From: Candidatus Omnitrophota bacterium
GTDB lineage: Bacteria > Omnitrophota > Gorgyraeia > Zapsychrales > Fredricksoniimonadaceae
Assembly (NCBI GenBank): GCA_903908245.1
Contig: CAIVRE010000015.1
Coordinates: 5,468-69,467, forward strand
Reading direction: 5' to 3'
DNA: 64,000 nucleotides
Position 1 is the first letter of the stretch; each line of letters begins with the position of its first letter. A program made the translations under genes and the position numbers. Positions 40,707-51,907 of the stretch are shown piece after piece. The notes below the pieces were generated by a model. It saw nothing but the letters and a program-made list of their open reading frames with translations, was not told the DNA's origin and did no database searches.

Positions 40707-41537
40707 ATGGATACGAACAATAAACTTTTTACGGTCGCGCTGGTCGCGCTGACCGCGGTGGTGGGCGGGTTGGGGGTTGTCTTCTCGGTCGGGATGGCCG
40801 TGCAGTCTTCGACGGCGCCCATGACGGCTGTCCTTCGGGAGATCGCGGATGGCCAAAAGAAGATGGACGTTCTGGTCGCCCAGGCCGGGAAGAATGACAT
40901 TAAGGCCCTTGAGTCCAGGCTGGCCGCGCTGGAGTCGGAAGTAAGGGTCCTGAAGGCCCAGCCTTCGCATGCCGGAATGCCTCAGCAGCCGCAGCCTCCG
41001 GCGGAAGATATGAACAAGGTGTACGATATCCCTGTTGCGGGATCGTATGTGCTCGGGTCAAAAGATGCGCCGGTGACCATTACTGTCTTTGATGATTATC
41101 AGTGCCCGTTCTGCGGCAGGTTCTATCCCGCGGCGGTCGAGGGGCAGAAGGCGTTCCCCGGCAAGGTGAAGATGGTCGTCAAACATTATCCTTTGCCGTT
41201 CCACAAGATGGCCCTTCCGGCGGCCAAAGCGGCGCTGGCGGCTGGCGAGCAGGGCAAGTTCTTTGAAATGTCCGACCTTATTTTTGCCAATGCGGCGGCT
41301 TTGAGTGATGAAAAGTTCAAGGAACTGGCGGGCCAGGCCGGGCTCAATGTTGAAAAGTTCCTTAAAGACCTTAAGGACAGGGATGCGGTCTATGCAAAGG
41401 TCATTGAAGCGGATCTTGACCTGGGCTCTAAAATAGATGTGCGTGGCACGCCGACCTATTTCCTGAACGGGAAAAAATGCAATGCCCGTACGGCGGATGA
41501 TTGGAAGGCCCAGATCGCGGAGCTGCTTAAAAAGTAA
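40707..41537 (+). CDS. Membrane-anchored thiol:disulfide oxidoreductase, DsbA-like
   Basis: N-terminal TM, coiled coil, thioredoxin-fold CPFC active site. Confidence 0.7.
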   Translation: MDTNNKLFTVALVALTAVVGGLGVVFSVGMAVQSSTAPMTAVLREIADGQKKMDVLVAQAGKNDIKALESRLAALESEVRVLKAQPSHAGMPQQPQPPAEDMNKVYDIPVAGSYVLGSKDAPVTITVFDDYQCPFCGRFYPAAVEGQKAFPGKVKMVVKHYPLPFHKMALPAAKAALAAGEQGKFFEMSDLIFANAAALSDEKFKELAGQAGLNVEKFLKDLKDRDAVYAKVIEADLDLGSKIDVRGTPTYFLNGKKCNARTADDWKAQIAELLKK

Positions 41538-41627
41538 GTCCGCGAGTAAAAAAAGGTTGCTAAAAACAGTAAATAATGTATATTTGAGCGTCCAGTTGGG
41601 GATATAAAAAAATTAAGAGGAGTTTTT

Positions 41628-41993
41628 ATGGGCGGTAGAGTAGGTGGTTTATCTCATATCATGTACGCCGAGACATGCGGCGTTAAGGTTTCAGGCGGCC
41701 AGCGCGTGAAAGCCGGTACGGTTTTGACCCGCCAGGGAGACAGGTGGAAGCCCGGCGTCAATGTTATTGGCCGGATGCATCTTACGGCGGCTTGTGCGGG
41801 CGTGGTTTATTTTACCAAGAAGCGTATTCGCAAGACGGGCAAGGTAGATACGTTCCTTAATGTTCGTGCGGAAGGCCCGGAAGCGGCAGCGGCCAAGGTG
41901 ACTCCGACGGAGTCGAGAAAAGCCAAGATGTCGGCCAAGGTGGCGTATAAAGTCAGGGTTCCGTCTTACGTCGCGAAAAAAGCCAGGGCATAA
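41628..41993 (+). CDS. rpmA: Ribosomal protein L27 homologue with divergent N-terminus and K/A-rich C-terminal extension
   Basis: Core CGVKVSGGQRVKAGTVLTRQGDRWKPGVNVIGRMHLTAACAGVVYF aligns with the L27 family (GVKR.GG..V.AG.I..RQRGT...PG.NVG.G.D.TLFA..DG.V.F). Strong RBS AAGAGGAG. Confidence 0.6.
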   Translation: MGGRVGGLSHIMYAETCGVKVSGGQRVKAGTVLTRQGDRWKPGVNVIGRMHLTAACAGVVYFTKKRIRKTGKVDTFLNVRAEGPEAAAAKVTPTESRKAKMSAKVAYKVRVPSYVAKKARA

Positions 41994-42086
41994 ACAAAAG
42001 ACCGTTTGATTTTGAGACCACAGGTCCGTAGAATAGAAATATTCTGTGGTCTGTGGTCTTAACATTTTCAATCATATCGAGGTTTT

Positions 42087-43916
42087 ATGTGCGGGATCGT
42101 CGGTTATATCGGGAATAAGGATGCCCTTCCCTTCCTTATTGAGGGTTTGAAAAATCTTGAATACCGCGGTTACGATTCGAGCGGCGTCGGGTTGATCACG
42201 CCCGATGGCGGCCTTCAGGTCCGCAAGGAAAAAGGCAAGATCCGCTGCCTGGAAGACCTGCTGGCAAAGGATCCGGTCAAAAAAGCCCATATAGGCATTG
42301 CGCATACCCGCTGGGCCACGCACGGCGCGCCATGCCGGAAGAATTCCCATCCGCATACCAATTCCGGCGGGACCATTGCGGTGGTCCATAACGGGATCAT
42401 CGAGAATTACCAGTCGCTTAAGGCAGGACTGATCGCCAAGGGCGTCAGGTTCCTTTCCGATACCGATACCGAAGTTATCGGCCATTTGATCAACGAATAT
42501 TTTGAAGGCGACCTGGTCAAGGCTGTGCAGCGGGCTATTAGGGACCTGACAGGGGCTTTTGCGATCGGTGTTATTTCGTCGGATGACCCTTCCACCCTGG
42601 TTGCGGCGCGCGTGGGTTCGCCGCTGATCATCGGCGTGGGAGAGGGCGAGTATTTTATTGCGTCGGATGTTCCGGCCATTATTCGCCATACCCGCCGGGT
42701 CATTTACCTGAAAGACGGAGAGATGGCGGTCCTGCGCTCCGATGGCGTTGAGGTTATGACGTTCGCAGGGAAAAAAATGCCGTTCACCGTGGACAAGGTT
42801 ACTTTTCAGATGGATGCCGCCCAGAAGCAGGGCTATCCCCATTTTATGCTCAAGGAAATACATGAACAGCCCGAGGTGCTGAGGCAAATGGTTGCTTTGC
42901 GGCTCAAGGGCGGGCATGTGACGCTCGATGGCCTTGGGATCTCCGATCGCAAGCTCAAGTCTTTCACGCGCATTAAAGTGGTGGCATGCGGGACGGCGTA
43001 TCATGCCGGCCTGGTCGGGCGGTATATTATTGAAGAGCTGGCCAGGGTGCCGGTGGAGGTGGATGTTTCGAGTGAATTTCGTTATCGATCGCCCATCGTG
43101 GACAAGAGAACACTTTTGATCGCGGTGAGCCAGTCGGGTGAGACGGCCGATACGCTGGCTGCGGTGCGCGAGGCGCGCGCGCGGGGCGCTTCGGTCGTTT
43201 CCATATGCAATGTGATCGGTTCCTCGCTGGCGCGTGAGTCGGCGGGGGTCCTCTATACGCACGCCGGCCCGGAAATAGGCGTGGCGTCCACCAAAGCCTA
43301 TACGGCCCAGCTGATGATGTTCTATCTTCTGGCCATCAAGCTGGCGGAAGTTCACGGCGGAGTGGATGTCAAGGAGCGCGTGAAGTTCGCCAAAGACCTT
43401 GCGGCGGTCCCGGGGCTGATCAGGGAAATATTGAAGAACGCGAAGCATATTGCCAGGGTCGCCAGGAAACATTCGCATTACGGCTGTTTTCTGTATCTGG
43501 GGCGCAATATCAATTATCCGTCCGCCCTGGAAGGCGCGCTCAAGCTCAAGGAGATCTCGTATATTCCGGCGGAAGGTTACGCGGCGGGTGAAATGAAGCA
43601 TGGGCCTATTGCCTTGATCGACGAGTACCGGGCGGTCGTCTGTATCGCGCCGCAATCGGATATTTACGAGAAGATGATCTCGAACATCCAGGAGATCCTC
43701 TCGCGCAAGGGCAAGGTCATTGCCATTGCGACGGAAGGCGACGCCTTGATCCAGCAGCATGCCACCAAGGTCATTTATATCCCCAGGACGCATAAACTGT
43801 TGACGCCGCTTTTGGCGATCATCCCTTTGCAGCTTCTGGCGTATTACATTGCGGTCAATCGCGGATGCGATGTGGACCAGCCGCGCAACCTGGCAAAGTC
43901 CGTGACCGTGGAATAA
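42087..43916 (+). CDS. glmS: Glutamine--fructose-6-phosphate aminotransferase
   Basis: MCGIVGYIGNKDALPFLIEGLKNLEYRGYDSSG... canonical GlmS. C-terminal ...SVTVE. Confidence 0.9.
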   Translation: MCGIVGYIGNKDALPFLIEGLKNLEYRGYDSSGVGLITPDGGLQVRKEKGKIRCLEDLLAKDPVKKAHIGIAHTRWATHGAPCRKNSHPHTNSGGTIAVVHNGIIENYQSLKAGLIAKGVRFLSDTDTEVIGHLINEYFEGDLVKAVQRAIRDLTGAFAIGVISSDDPSTLVAARVGSPLIIGVGEGEYFIASDVPAIIRHTRRVIYLKDGEMAVLRSDGVEVMTFAGKKMPFTVDKVTFQMDAAQKQGYPHFMLKEIHEQPEVLRQMVALRLKGGHVTLDGLGISDRKLKSFTRIKVVACGTAYHAGLVGRYIIEELARVPVEVDVSSEFRYRSPIVDKRTLLIAVSQSGETADTLAAVREARARGASVVSICNVIGSSLARESAGVLYTHAGPEIGVASTKAYTAQLMMFYLLAIKLAEVHGGVDVKERVKFAKDLAAVPGLIREILKNAKHIARVARKHSHYGCFLYLGRNINYPSALEGALKLKEISYIPAEGYAAGEMKHGPIALIDEYRAVVCIAPQSDIYEKMISNIQEILSRKGKVIAIATEGDALIQQHATKVIYIPRTHKLLTPLLAIIPLQLLAYYIAVNRGCDVDQPRNLAKSVTVE

Positions 43917-44575
43917 TGTTATACATCGTCTCCACTCCCATCGGGAATTTGAAGGACATTACGCTGCGCGCGATCGAGGTCCTCAAAAGCGTGGATCTGA
44001 TCGCCGCCGAGGATACCCGTCATACGGGTGTTTTGTGCAAAGAGTATGGCATTACCGCGCCCCTCACCAGTTATTTCGACCATAATGAAAGCGGCAAGGC
44101 CCGCCAGCTGGTGGAGCTGCTCAAAGCGGGAAAGAATATTGCGCTGGTATCAGATGCCGGGACGCCCGGTATTAATGATCCCGGGTATCGCCTGGTGAGC
44201 CTGGCGAAAGCGGAGAATGTCCCGATGGAGGTCATTCCCGGAGCCTGTGCCGTGATCGCGGCGTTGTCGTTGTCGGCCCTTCCGACGGACAGGTTCGCGT
44301 TCTACGGGTTTTTGCCGGTCAAGCCCGGTGCCCGGCGCAAAAGGATCGCGCAGGCCGCCGAGGCGGGAGGGACCGCGATCTTTTATGAGTCACCGCATCG
44401 TTTGCTTAAAGCATTGAAGGATATTGAGGAAGTCTTGAAGGACCCGTCCATTACCGTAGCTCGTGAGCTTACTAAAAAATTCGAGGAGCGCCTGGATGGG
44501 AAAGCCAGCACGCTCCTCGATCATTTTACCCGCCATAAGCCTTTGGGCGAGTTCGTGATATTATTTCATGTTTGA
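43917..44575 (+). CDS. rsmI: 16S rRNA (cytidine1402-2'-O)-methyltransferase
   Basis: MLYIVSTPIGNLKDITLRAIEVLKSVDLIAAEDTR... canonical RsmI. Confidence 0.8.
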
Positions 44576-45364
44576 TGCCGCGGGGGCAGTGGTTTTTTCT
44601 GCCTGATGAACGGGTTTTGTCCCCGTTTTCTTGTCGATTTTACACATCTTTTGTCCCTGTTTCTTTTCCAGTTTATCCAGCCGGGCCGTGAGCACATCGA
44701 TCTGTTTTTGCTGGTCCTTGATCCCCTCGACCAGCAAGCCGACCAACCCGTCGTAGTTGATGCCTCTCATTCCCTTGTTGTCGATCGAAACGACTTCCGG
44801 AACGATCGGCTCCACATCCTGGGCGATGAGGCCCATCCGGACCGTTTTGGGGTCTTGCTTGAAGGCGAATGTAACGCCGTTCATGGCTTTGATCTTCTTT
44901 AGTGCGTCGATGATGGGCTGGATCTTCTCTTTCAAACGCCTGTCTGACGATGTCGTAAAGGCAAGGGCGAAGACTGTCCTGTAAAAGAGACTGTCGATAT
45001 TTTTGACATAAAGATTACCTTGTTGGCGTATGTAGAAGTCACCGGCTCCCGACGGGTCGTAGAGAAAATTGGCATTGCTTCCGCCAAGCCTGAGCGTATC
45101 CCCTGTGATGGTAACGTTCCCGGTCACGAACAGTTTGTCCGTCGGGTTGGAGGTGCCGATGCCGACATTGCCTTCCACGATCAACCGGTCACCGGGGACG
45201 CCGGTGGTGGTATAAGTGGTCCCGACCGATAATTTGGCGTAGTTCCCTGCCGGGGCGGGGTAATTGGATGTCAGGGTGACCGTGCCGGCGGCAAGCCCGG
45301 AGCGGGGACAACAGAGCAAGGACAGGCCAAGGATCGCTAAAGTGAGAACGGGCAGTGGTTTCAT
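44561..45364 (-). CDS. Secreted protein with tail-fibre-like beta-rich N-terminal region and peptidase S74 (intramolecular chaperone of endosialidase/tail fibre) C-terminal domain plus coiled coil
   Basis: Signal peptide MKPLPVLTLAILGLSLLC. Motif SDRRLKEKIQPI...NGVTFAFKQD...GLIAQDVEPIVPEVV typical of S74 auto-processing chaperone domains. Confidence 0.55.
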   Translation of the reverse strand: MKPLPVLTLAILGLSLLCCPRSGLAAGTVTLTSNYPAPAGNYAKLSVGTTYTTTGVPGDRLIVEGNVGIGTSNPTDKLFVTGNVTITGDTLRLGGSNANFLYDPSGAGDFYIRQQGNLYVKNIDSLFYRTVFALAFTTSSDRRLKEKIQPIIDALKKIKAMNGVTFAFKQDPKTVRMGLIAQDVEPIVPEVVSIDNKGMRGINYDGLVGLLVEGIKDQQKQIDVLTARLDKLEKKQGQKMCKIDKKTGTKPVHQAEKTTAPAASNMK

Positions 45365-45443
45365 GGAACCTCCGGACAGAATTAACAGTTAACCTCTGGA
45401 TAATATATTAACGCCAGAAATTCTGCCGTCAACTTATATCCGC

Positions 45444-45472
45444 TTGACAAAAAGGGCGGCGAGTGTTATTCT
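45444..45472 (+). promoter_or_regulatory. Sigma70-type promoter of the pyr operon (TTGACA-N17-TATTCT)
   Basis: Hexamers at 45444-45449 and 45467-45472. Confidence 0.5.
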
Positions 45473-45484
45473 TTACGAAATTAA

Positions 45485-47074
<1,590 letters not shown>

Positions 47075-47087
47075 AAAAGGTGGGCCA

Positions 47088-47675
47088 ATGAACGAGCTGG
47101 GTCCTGTTCCTGAATTGAAAACGGCCGGTAGTGAGTATGCCTTGCCCATTCTTTGGGGCGGCGGGATCGTTATTTTTATGGGGCTCGTTTTTCTGGTTAT
47201 GGGCGTCAGTGTGTTCAGCAAGGCGGTGGTGACGCAGGACTGGGTCCGTGTCAAGGGGAAGATCGTTTCTTCGGGTGAAGCTGTTCAGAGCCGGCTGGTG
47301 ACCGACATGACCAATAATGCCGATGGCATGACGAGCACCACGACAGGAACGATGACCTACAGTGTTAATGTCGTCTATGAGTATCAATTTCAGGGAAAGA
47401 ATTATACTGGCAGCCAGATCGGCCTTTCTTCGGTGGATTTTTCAAACAGGGCCGCGGCGCAGCGCAAGGCGTCCCAGTATTCTTCAGGGGGCGAGGTCAG
47501 CGTTTTTGTGCATCCTTCTGTCCCGGAAGAATCGATCCTGGAGCGCGAGGAGAGCGGGGTCGCGCTTGGTTTTCTCCTGACGGGGATACTGTTCGGCCTG
47601 CTGGGGATCTGGGGGATCAGTTATCTTCCGGCCATGATCGCCCTGTTGGTGCTTGAACACCAGGGAACGCGTTAG
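47088..47675 (+). CDS. DUF3592-family membrane protein inserted in the pyr operon
   Basis: Two TM segments flanking a beta-rich region. Layout as in DUF3592. Confidence 0.5.
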   Translation: MNELGPVPELKTAGSEYALPILWGGGIVIFMGLVFLVMGVSVFSKAVVTQDWVRVKGKIVSSGEAVQSRLVTDMTNNADGMTSTTTGTMTYSVNVVYEYQFQGKNYTGSQIGLSSVDFSNRAAAQRKASQYSSGGEVSVFVHPSVPEESILEREESGVALGFLLTGILFGLLGIWGISYLPAMIALLVLEHQGTR

Positions 47676-47727
47676 GTTTATCATGAATAAAGCCGGAGAG
47701 ATGACATAATACGCAGCCAGGTAAAGG

Positions 47728-49032
47728 ATGACCATGAATGTTTTGATCAAGCATGCCACGATCGTTAATGCTTCCGGTGAGGCGCCGGTTGTGCAGGATA
47801 TTTTTATTGAAGAAGGGAAGATCACCGGGATCGGTCCGTCCATCAAGAGGGACGGGGTCCGGGAGATCGATGCCGCGGGGAAAAAAGTGATACCGGGGCT
47901 CATTGACCTGCATGTGCATTTGCGCGAGCCCGGCCGTGAGGACAAGGAGACCATTGAGACCGGGTCCCGCGCGGCGGTGAAGGGCGGGTTCACGACGATC
48001 TTTTGCATGCCCAATACGGCCCCCGCGATCGATACCGCGCAGGTGGTGCAATACATTCTTGACCAGGCCAAGAAGGTGGGGCTGGTGAATGTGTATCCTG
48101 TCGGCGCTATCACCAAAGGGCGTGAAGGCAGGGAGATCACCGAGATGATGGACCTCCGGCGGGCCGGATGCCTGGGCGTTTCCGATGACGGCAGGAGCCT
48201 GATGAACGCAGGCTTGATGCGCCGGGCTCTGGAATATGCGAAGATGGCGGGATTGCTGGTGATGCAGCATTGCGAGGATGATCATCTTTCTGCCAAAGGC
48301 GTGATGAATGAAGGCGCGCTTTCGACTTTGCTTGGGCTTAAAGGCGACCCTCTTATTGCCGAGACGGTCATTATCGCGCGTGACATTGAGATCGCGCGGT
48401 ACCTGGGGACGCGGGTGCATTTCATGCATATCAGCGCGGCACGGTCGGTGGAGCTGATCCGCCGGGCCAAGGCGGAGGGGGTCCTGGTTTCCTGCGAGGC
48501 GACCCCGCATCATTTTACTTTGACGGAGGATGCCGTAAAGTCGTTTGACACTTCGACGAAAGTCAATCCGCCCTTGCGCAGCCAGACGGATGTGCAGGCG
48601 ATCAAGGCGGGTTTGAAGGATGGCACGATCGATTGCATCGTGACCGATCACGCGCCGCATACGCATGAGGACAAGGAAGTGGAATATGATGGCGCTCCGC
48701 CCGGCCTTATCGGGCTGGAGACGGCGTTCGCGCTGGCGATAAAGGAACTGGTGGCGGGCGGTATTTTGACCCTGCCGCAACTCATTGAGAAAATGTCCGC
48801 CGGGCCGGCGCGGATCATGGGGTTCCTGAACAAAGGCGAGATCCTTGTCGGGAAAGATGCGGATATTGCGATCGTGGATATGGACCGTGAATGGAAAGTC
48901 ACCAAAGAGGACATGGTTTCCAAATCAAAGAATTCTCCTTTTATGGGATGGACATTGAAGGGCCGCGTGATGGCCACCATTTGCGGCGGCAAGGTGGTTT
49001 ATACGGATCGTTGCGGGAATGACCGGCAATGA
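47728..49032 (+). CDS. pyrC: Dihydroorotase
   Basis: Amidohydrolase motifs PGLIDLHVHLREPG, ...DHAPH... (VTDHAPHTHEDKE). Confidence 0.85.
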   Translation: MTMNVLIKHATIVNASGEAPVVQDIFIEEGKITGIGPSIKRDGVREIDAAGKKVIPGLIDLHVHLREPGREDKETIETGSRAAVKGGFTTIFCMPNTAPAIDTAQVVQYILDQAKKVGLVNVYPVGAITKGREGREITEMMDLRRAGCLGVSDDGRSLMNAGLMRRALEYAKMAGLLVMQHCEDDHLSAKGVMNEGALSTLLGLKGDPLIAETVIIARDIEIARYLGTRVHFMHISAARSVELIRRAKAEGVLVSCEATPHHFTLTEDAVKSFDTSTKVNPPLRSQTDVQAIKAGLKDGTIDCIVTDHAPHTHEDKEVEYDGAPPGLIGLETAFALAIKELVAGGILTLPQLIEKMSAGPARIMGFLNKGEILVGKDADIAIVDMDREWKVTKEDMVSKSKNSPFMGWTLKGRVMATICGGKVVYTDRCGNDRQ

Positions 49033-49799
49033 AAAAGATCCAGGACAGATATAAAGTCGTCGGTGTTAATAAAGTGAACGATGTTTATTTCCGCCTTGTG
49101 CTTGACGCGCCGGCGCTCGCCAGAGAGGTAAAACCGGGGCAGTTCATCCATATCAAGGTCTCCGACGGCCTTGAGCCGTTATTCCGCAGGCCGTTCAGTG
49201 TTTTTCGGGCGAAAGCCGGGAAAGTGGAGGTCTTTTTTGAGCCGGTGGGCAAGGGGTCTAAATTGCTCGCGGCAAAGGAAAAAGGCGATATCCTTGATGT
49301 CCTTGGGCCTTTGGGGCGGCCGTTCACGCTTCCAAGTAAAAGTGTGAAGCAGGTCGTTTTTATCGGCGGAGGCATTGGCGTTGCTCCGTTCCTGCTGTTT
49401 TCGGACATATTGTTGAAACATAAAGCCGAGAAGGTCCTTCTTTATGGCGGGCGGAGCAGGGCGCATACGTTCTCGATGGCAGGATTTAAAGCCAACGGTG
49501 TAAAAACATTTGTTGCAACGGATGACGGCTCTGTCGGCGTGAAGGGCCGCGTGTCGGAGCTGTTTGACAAGATCGATATCGCGCCGACGACCTTTATTTA
49601 CGCCTGCGGGCCAAGGCCGATGATGGCCACGGTGGCCGCGTTCGCCCGGGAAAAGAACTTGAGCGGAGAAGCATCGATGGAAGAAGTGATGGCCTGCGGC
49701 CTGGGTGCTTGCCTGGGTTGTTCTATATCGACGACGAAAGGGTATCAGACCGTGTGCCACGATGGGCCGGTCTTCGGCCTGGAAGCGCTGGTGTTTTGA
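49029..49799 (+). CDS. pyrK: Dihydroorotate dehydrogenase electron-transfer subunit
   Basis: FAD/NAD-binding FNR-like fold. C-terminal Cys cluster CGLGACLGC. Confidence 0.8.
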   Translation: MKKIQDRYKVVGVNKVNDVYFRLVLDAPALAREVKPGQFIHIKVSDGLEPLFRRPFSVFRAKAGKVEVFFEPVGKGSKLLAAKEKGDILDVLGPLGRPFTLPSKSVKQVVFIGGGIGVAPFLLFSDILLKHKAEKVLLYGGRSRAHTFSMAGFKANGVKTFVATDDGSVGVKGRVSELFDKIDIAPTTFIYACGPRPMMATVAAFAREKNLSGEASMEEVMACGLGACLGCSISTTKGYQTVCHDGPVFGLEALVF

Positions 49800-50161
49800 T
49801 GGTGCACTTTTTGTTGTTGATCCTGCTGGGTTTGGCCGGTGGTTTTGTTGGCGGAATGTTTGGGATCGGAGGCGGAGTTCTGGTCGTTCCGGCCCTGGTT
49901 CTTTTTTTCGGGTTTTCCCAGCATATGGCCCAGGGAACGATGATCATGACGTTTATTTTGCCGTCGTTCTTGTTGGCCGCATGGACTTATTATAAAGCCG
50001 GGAATGTTAATTTGCCTGTTGCCCTCCTGATCGCGCTGGGAATGCTGGCGGGGACTTTTCTGGGGGCGACCTATGCGCATACGCTCTCAACGCCAGTGCT
50101 TAAGAAATGTTTTGGTGCTTTAGTGATCGTAGTCGGCTTAAGGATGATCCTGGGGAAGTAA
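49799..50161 (+). CDS. Half-size TauE/SafE (DUF81)-like membrane protein (single 4-TM repeat)
   Basis: 121 aa. GGFVGGMFGIGGGVLVVPAL motif typical of TauE/SafE, but only one of the usual two repeats. ATG overlaps the pyrK stop. Confidence 0.5.
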   Translation: MVHFLLLILLGLAGGFVGGMFGIGGGVLVVPALVLFFGFSQHMAQGTMIMTFILPSFLLAAWTYYKAGNVNLPVALLIALGMLAGTFLGATYAHTLSTPVLKKCFGALVIVVGLRMILGK

Positions 50162-50164
50162 ATT

Positions 50165-51070
50165 ATGAATCTTATTGTCAAGATCGGAACAGCGGTGTTC
50201 CCTAATCCAGTTACCGTGGCGTCCGGGACATTCGGCCATGCCGAGGAATTTTACGGGCAGGAAGAAGTCAAGAGGCTGGGGGCCCTTGTTCCCAAGACGG
50301 TGACCTTGCAGGCCCAGCAGGGCAACCCCCCGACGCGCATTTGTGAGACTCCGGCGGGAATGATCAATGCCATCGGGATCGAGAATCCGGGGATCGACCG
50401 GTTTATCGACGAGAAATTGCCGAAGTTAAAAGCGACAGGCGTGCCGTTGATCGTCAGTATTTCCGCTCATAGTGAAGATGACTTTGCATTGATGGTCGAA
50501 AAGCTGAACGCAGCCGGTGGTTTGAGCGCGGTCGAGCTTAATTTGTCTTGCCCGAACCTTCAGAAGAAAGTGCTGGTGGCGCAATCGGCGGAAGCGACAT
50601 TTGCCGTAGTGCGCCGCGTCAAAGAAGTTTCGAAGTACCCGGTCATTGCCAAACTTTCGCCCAATGTCACGGATATTGCCGCGATCGCATTAGCGGCCGA
50701 AGAGGCAGGGGCGGATGGCATCAGCATGGTCAATACGTTCATGGCTATGGCGATCGATATCAGAAAACGCTGTTCGCGGATCGGGAATTTTACCGGAGGG
50801 CTTTCCGGACCGGCGATACGCCCCATTGCGGTGCGTATGGTGTGCGAGACCGCTGCAAAGGTGAAGATCCCCATTATCGGGATGGGGGGCATTACGAATG
50901 CGGATGATGCGCTGGAATTTCTTATTGCCGGCGCTTCGATGGTGGCGGTGGGGACTTACAATTTTGTGGACCCTCGCGCGCCGTTGGCGGTTCTCGACGG
51001 TATTAAGGCATATATGAAGGCCAACAAGATGACAGATATCCGTGAATTGATCGGGAGTATCCGGCGATGA
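50165..51070 (+). CDS. pyrD: Dihydroorotate dehydrogenase catalytic subunit (class 1B)
   Basis: MNLIVKIGTAVFPNPVTVASGTFG... LNLSCPN active-site region. Confidence 0.85.
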   Translation: MNLIVKIGTAVFPNPVTVASGTFGHAEEFYGQEEVKRLGALVPKTVTLQAQQGNPPTRICETPAGMINAIGIENPGIDRFIDEKLPKLKATGVPLIVSISAHSEDDFALMVEKLNAAGGLSAVELNLSCPNLQKKVLVAQSAEATFAVVRRVKEVSKYPVIAKLSPNVTDIAAIALAAEEAGADGISMVNTFMAMAIDIRKRCSRIGNFTGGLSGPAIRPIAVRMVCETAAKVKIPIIGMGGITNADDALEFLIAGASMVAVGTYNFVDPRAPLAVLDGIKAYMKANKMTDIRELIGSIRR

Positions 51071-51819
51071 AAGCTAAAGACAGGCTGATCCTGGCCCTGG
51101 ATGTCCCCACATTTGAAGAAGCGCGCGGGATCGTTGAATCTGTTGGCGATGCTGTTGAGATCTACAAGGTCGGGTTCCAGTTATTCACGGCGTATGGCCC
51201 GTTCATAGTGCGTTATTTGCAGGCGCAGGGCAAAAAGGTTTTCTTGGACCTGAAATTCCATGATATTCCCAATACGGTGGCCAGCGGGGTTTCATCGGCG
51301 GTGGGGTTAAGCGTTCCGGTGCATCAGGCGCTGGACGGAGCGGGGGTCAGGACGGAAAAATTCGCGCCGTTGTTCATGATGACCGTTCATGTCCAGGGTG
51401 GTATTGAAATGATGCGGGCCGCGGCCGATGCCGCGCGCAAGCGCGCGCTTGAGCTGGGTGTGCCCGGGCCTTTGATCGTGGGCGTGACGGTATTGACAAG
51501 TGATGCCGCCGCGGGTAACATGGCCCGCGTTGTGCTGGAACGGGCGGTTTTGGCGCAGGAGGCCGGGCTTGATGGCGTGGTATCTTCCGCACAGGAGGCC
51601 GCCATGCTGCGCCGGGAGATGGGCAGGGATTTTGTTCTGGTTACGCCCGGGATCCGTCCCGCGGCCGCTGATGCCGGTGACCAGAAGCGGGTTGAAACGC
51701 CCGCCAGCGCGATCAGGGCCGGCGCGAATTTCCTGGTGATCGGCCGCCCGATCGTGAAGGCCGGGGATCCGCGCGGGGCCGCGTTAAAGATCCTGGAAGA
51801 AATTCAGGGCGTGTTATAA
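51067..51819 (+). CDS. pyrF: Orotidine-5'-phosphate decarboxylase
   Basis: LILALDVP...FLDLKFHDIPNTV canonical motifs. Confidence 0.85.
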   Translation: MKAKDRLILALDVPTFEEARGIVESVGDAVEIYKVGFQLFTAYGPFIVRYLQAQGKKVFLDLKFHDIPNTVASGVSSAVGLSVPVHQALDGAGVRTEKFAPLFMMTVHVQGGIEMMRAAADAARKRALELGVPGPLIVGVTVLTSDAAAGNMARVVLERAVLAQEAGLDGVVSSAQEAAMLRREMGRDFVLVTPGIRPAAADAGDQKRVETPASAIRAGANFLVIGRPIVKAGDPRGAALKILEEIQGVL

Positions 51820-51833
51820 TCTTTTGTTATTTC

Positions 51834-51907
51834 GGGCGGTTAGCTCAGTTGGTTAGAGCAGTTGATTTACATTCAACAGGCCACAGGTTCGAGCCCTGTA
51901 CTGCCCA
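51834..51907 (+). tRNA. tRNA-Val (anticodon TAC), no encoded CCA
   Basis: GGGCGGTTAGCTCAGTTGGTTAGAGCAGTTGATTTACATTCAACAGGCCACAGGTTCGAGCCCTGTACTGCCCA. Anticodon loop TTTACAT. Confidence 0.85.

Noticed and set aside
41994-42086. Possible glmS ribozyme upstream of glmS
   Set aside because: The intergenic space is only ~90 nt and contains just one hairpin (AGACCACAG...CTGTGGTCT), probably the rpmA terminator. It is far too short for the ~170-nt glmS ribozyme core, and no conserved P2.1/P2.2 sequence is evident.
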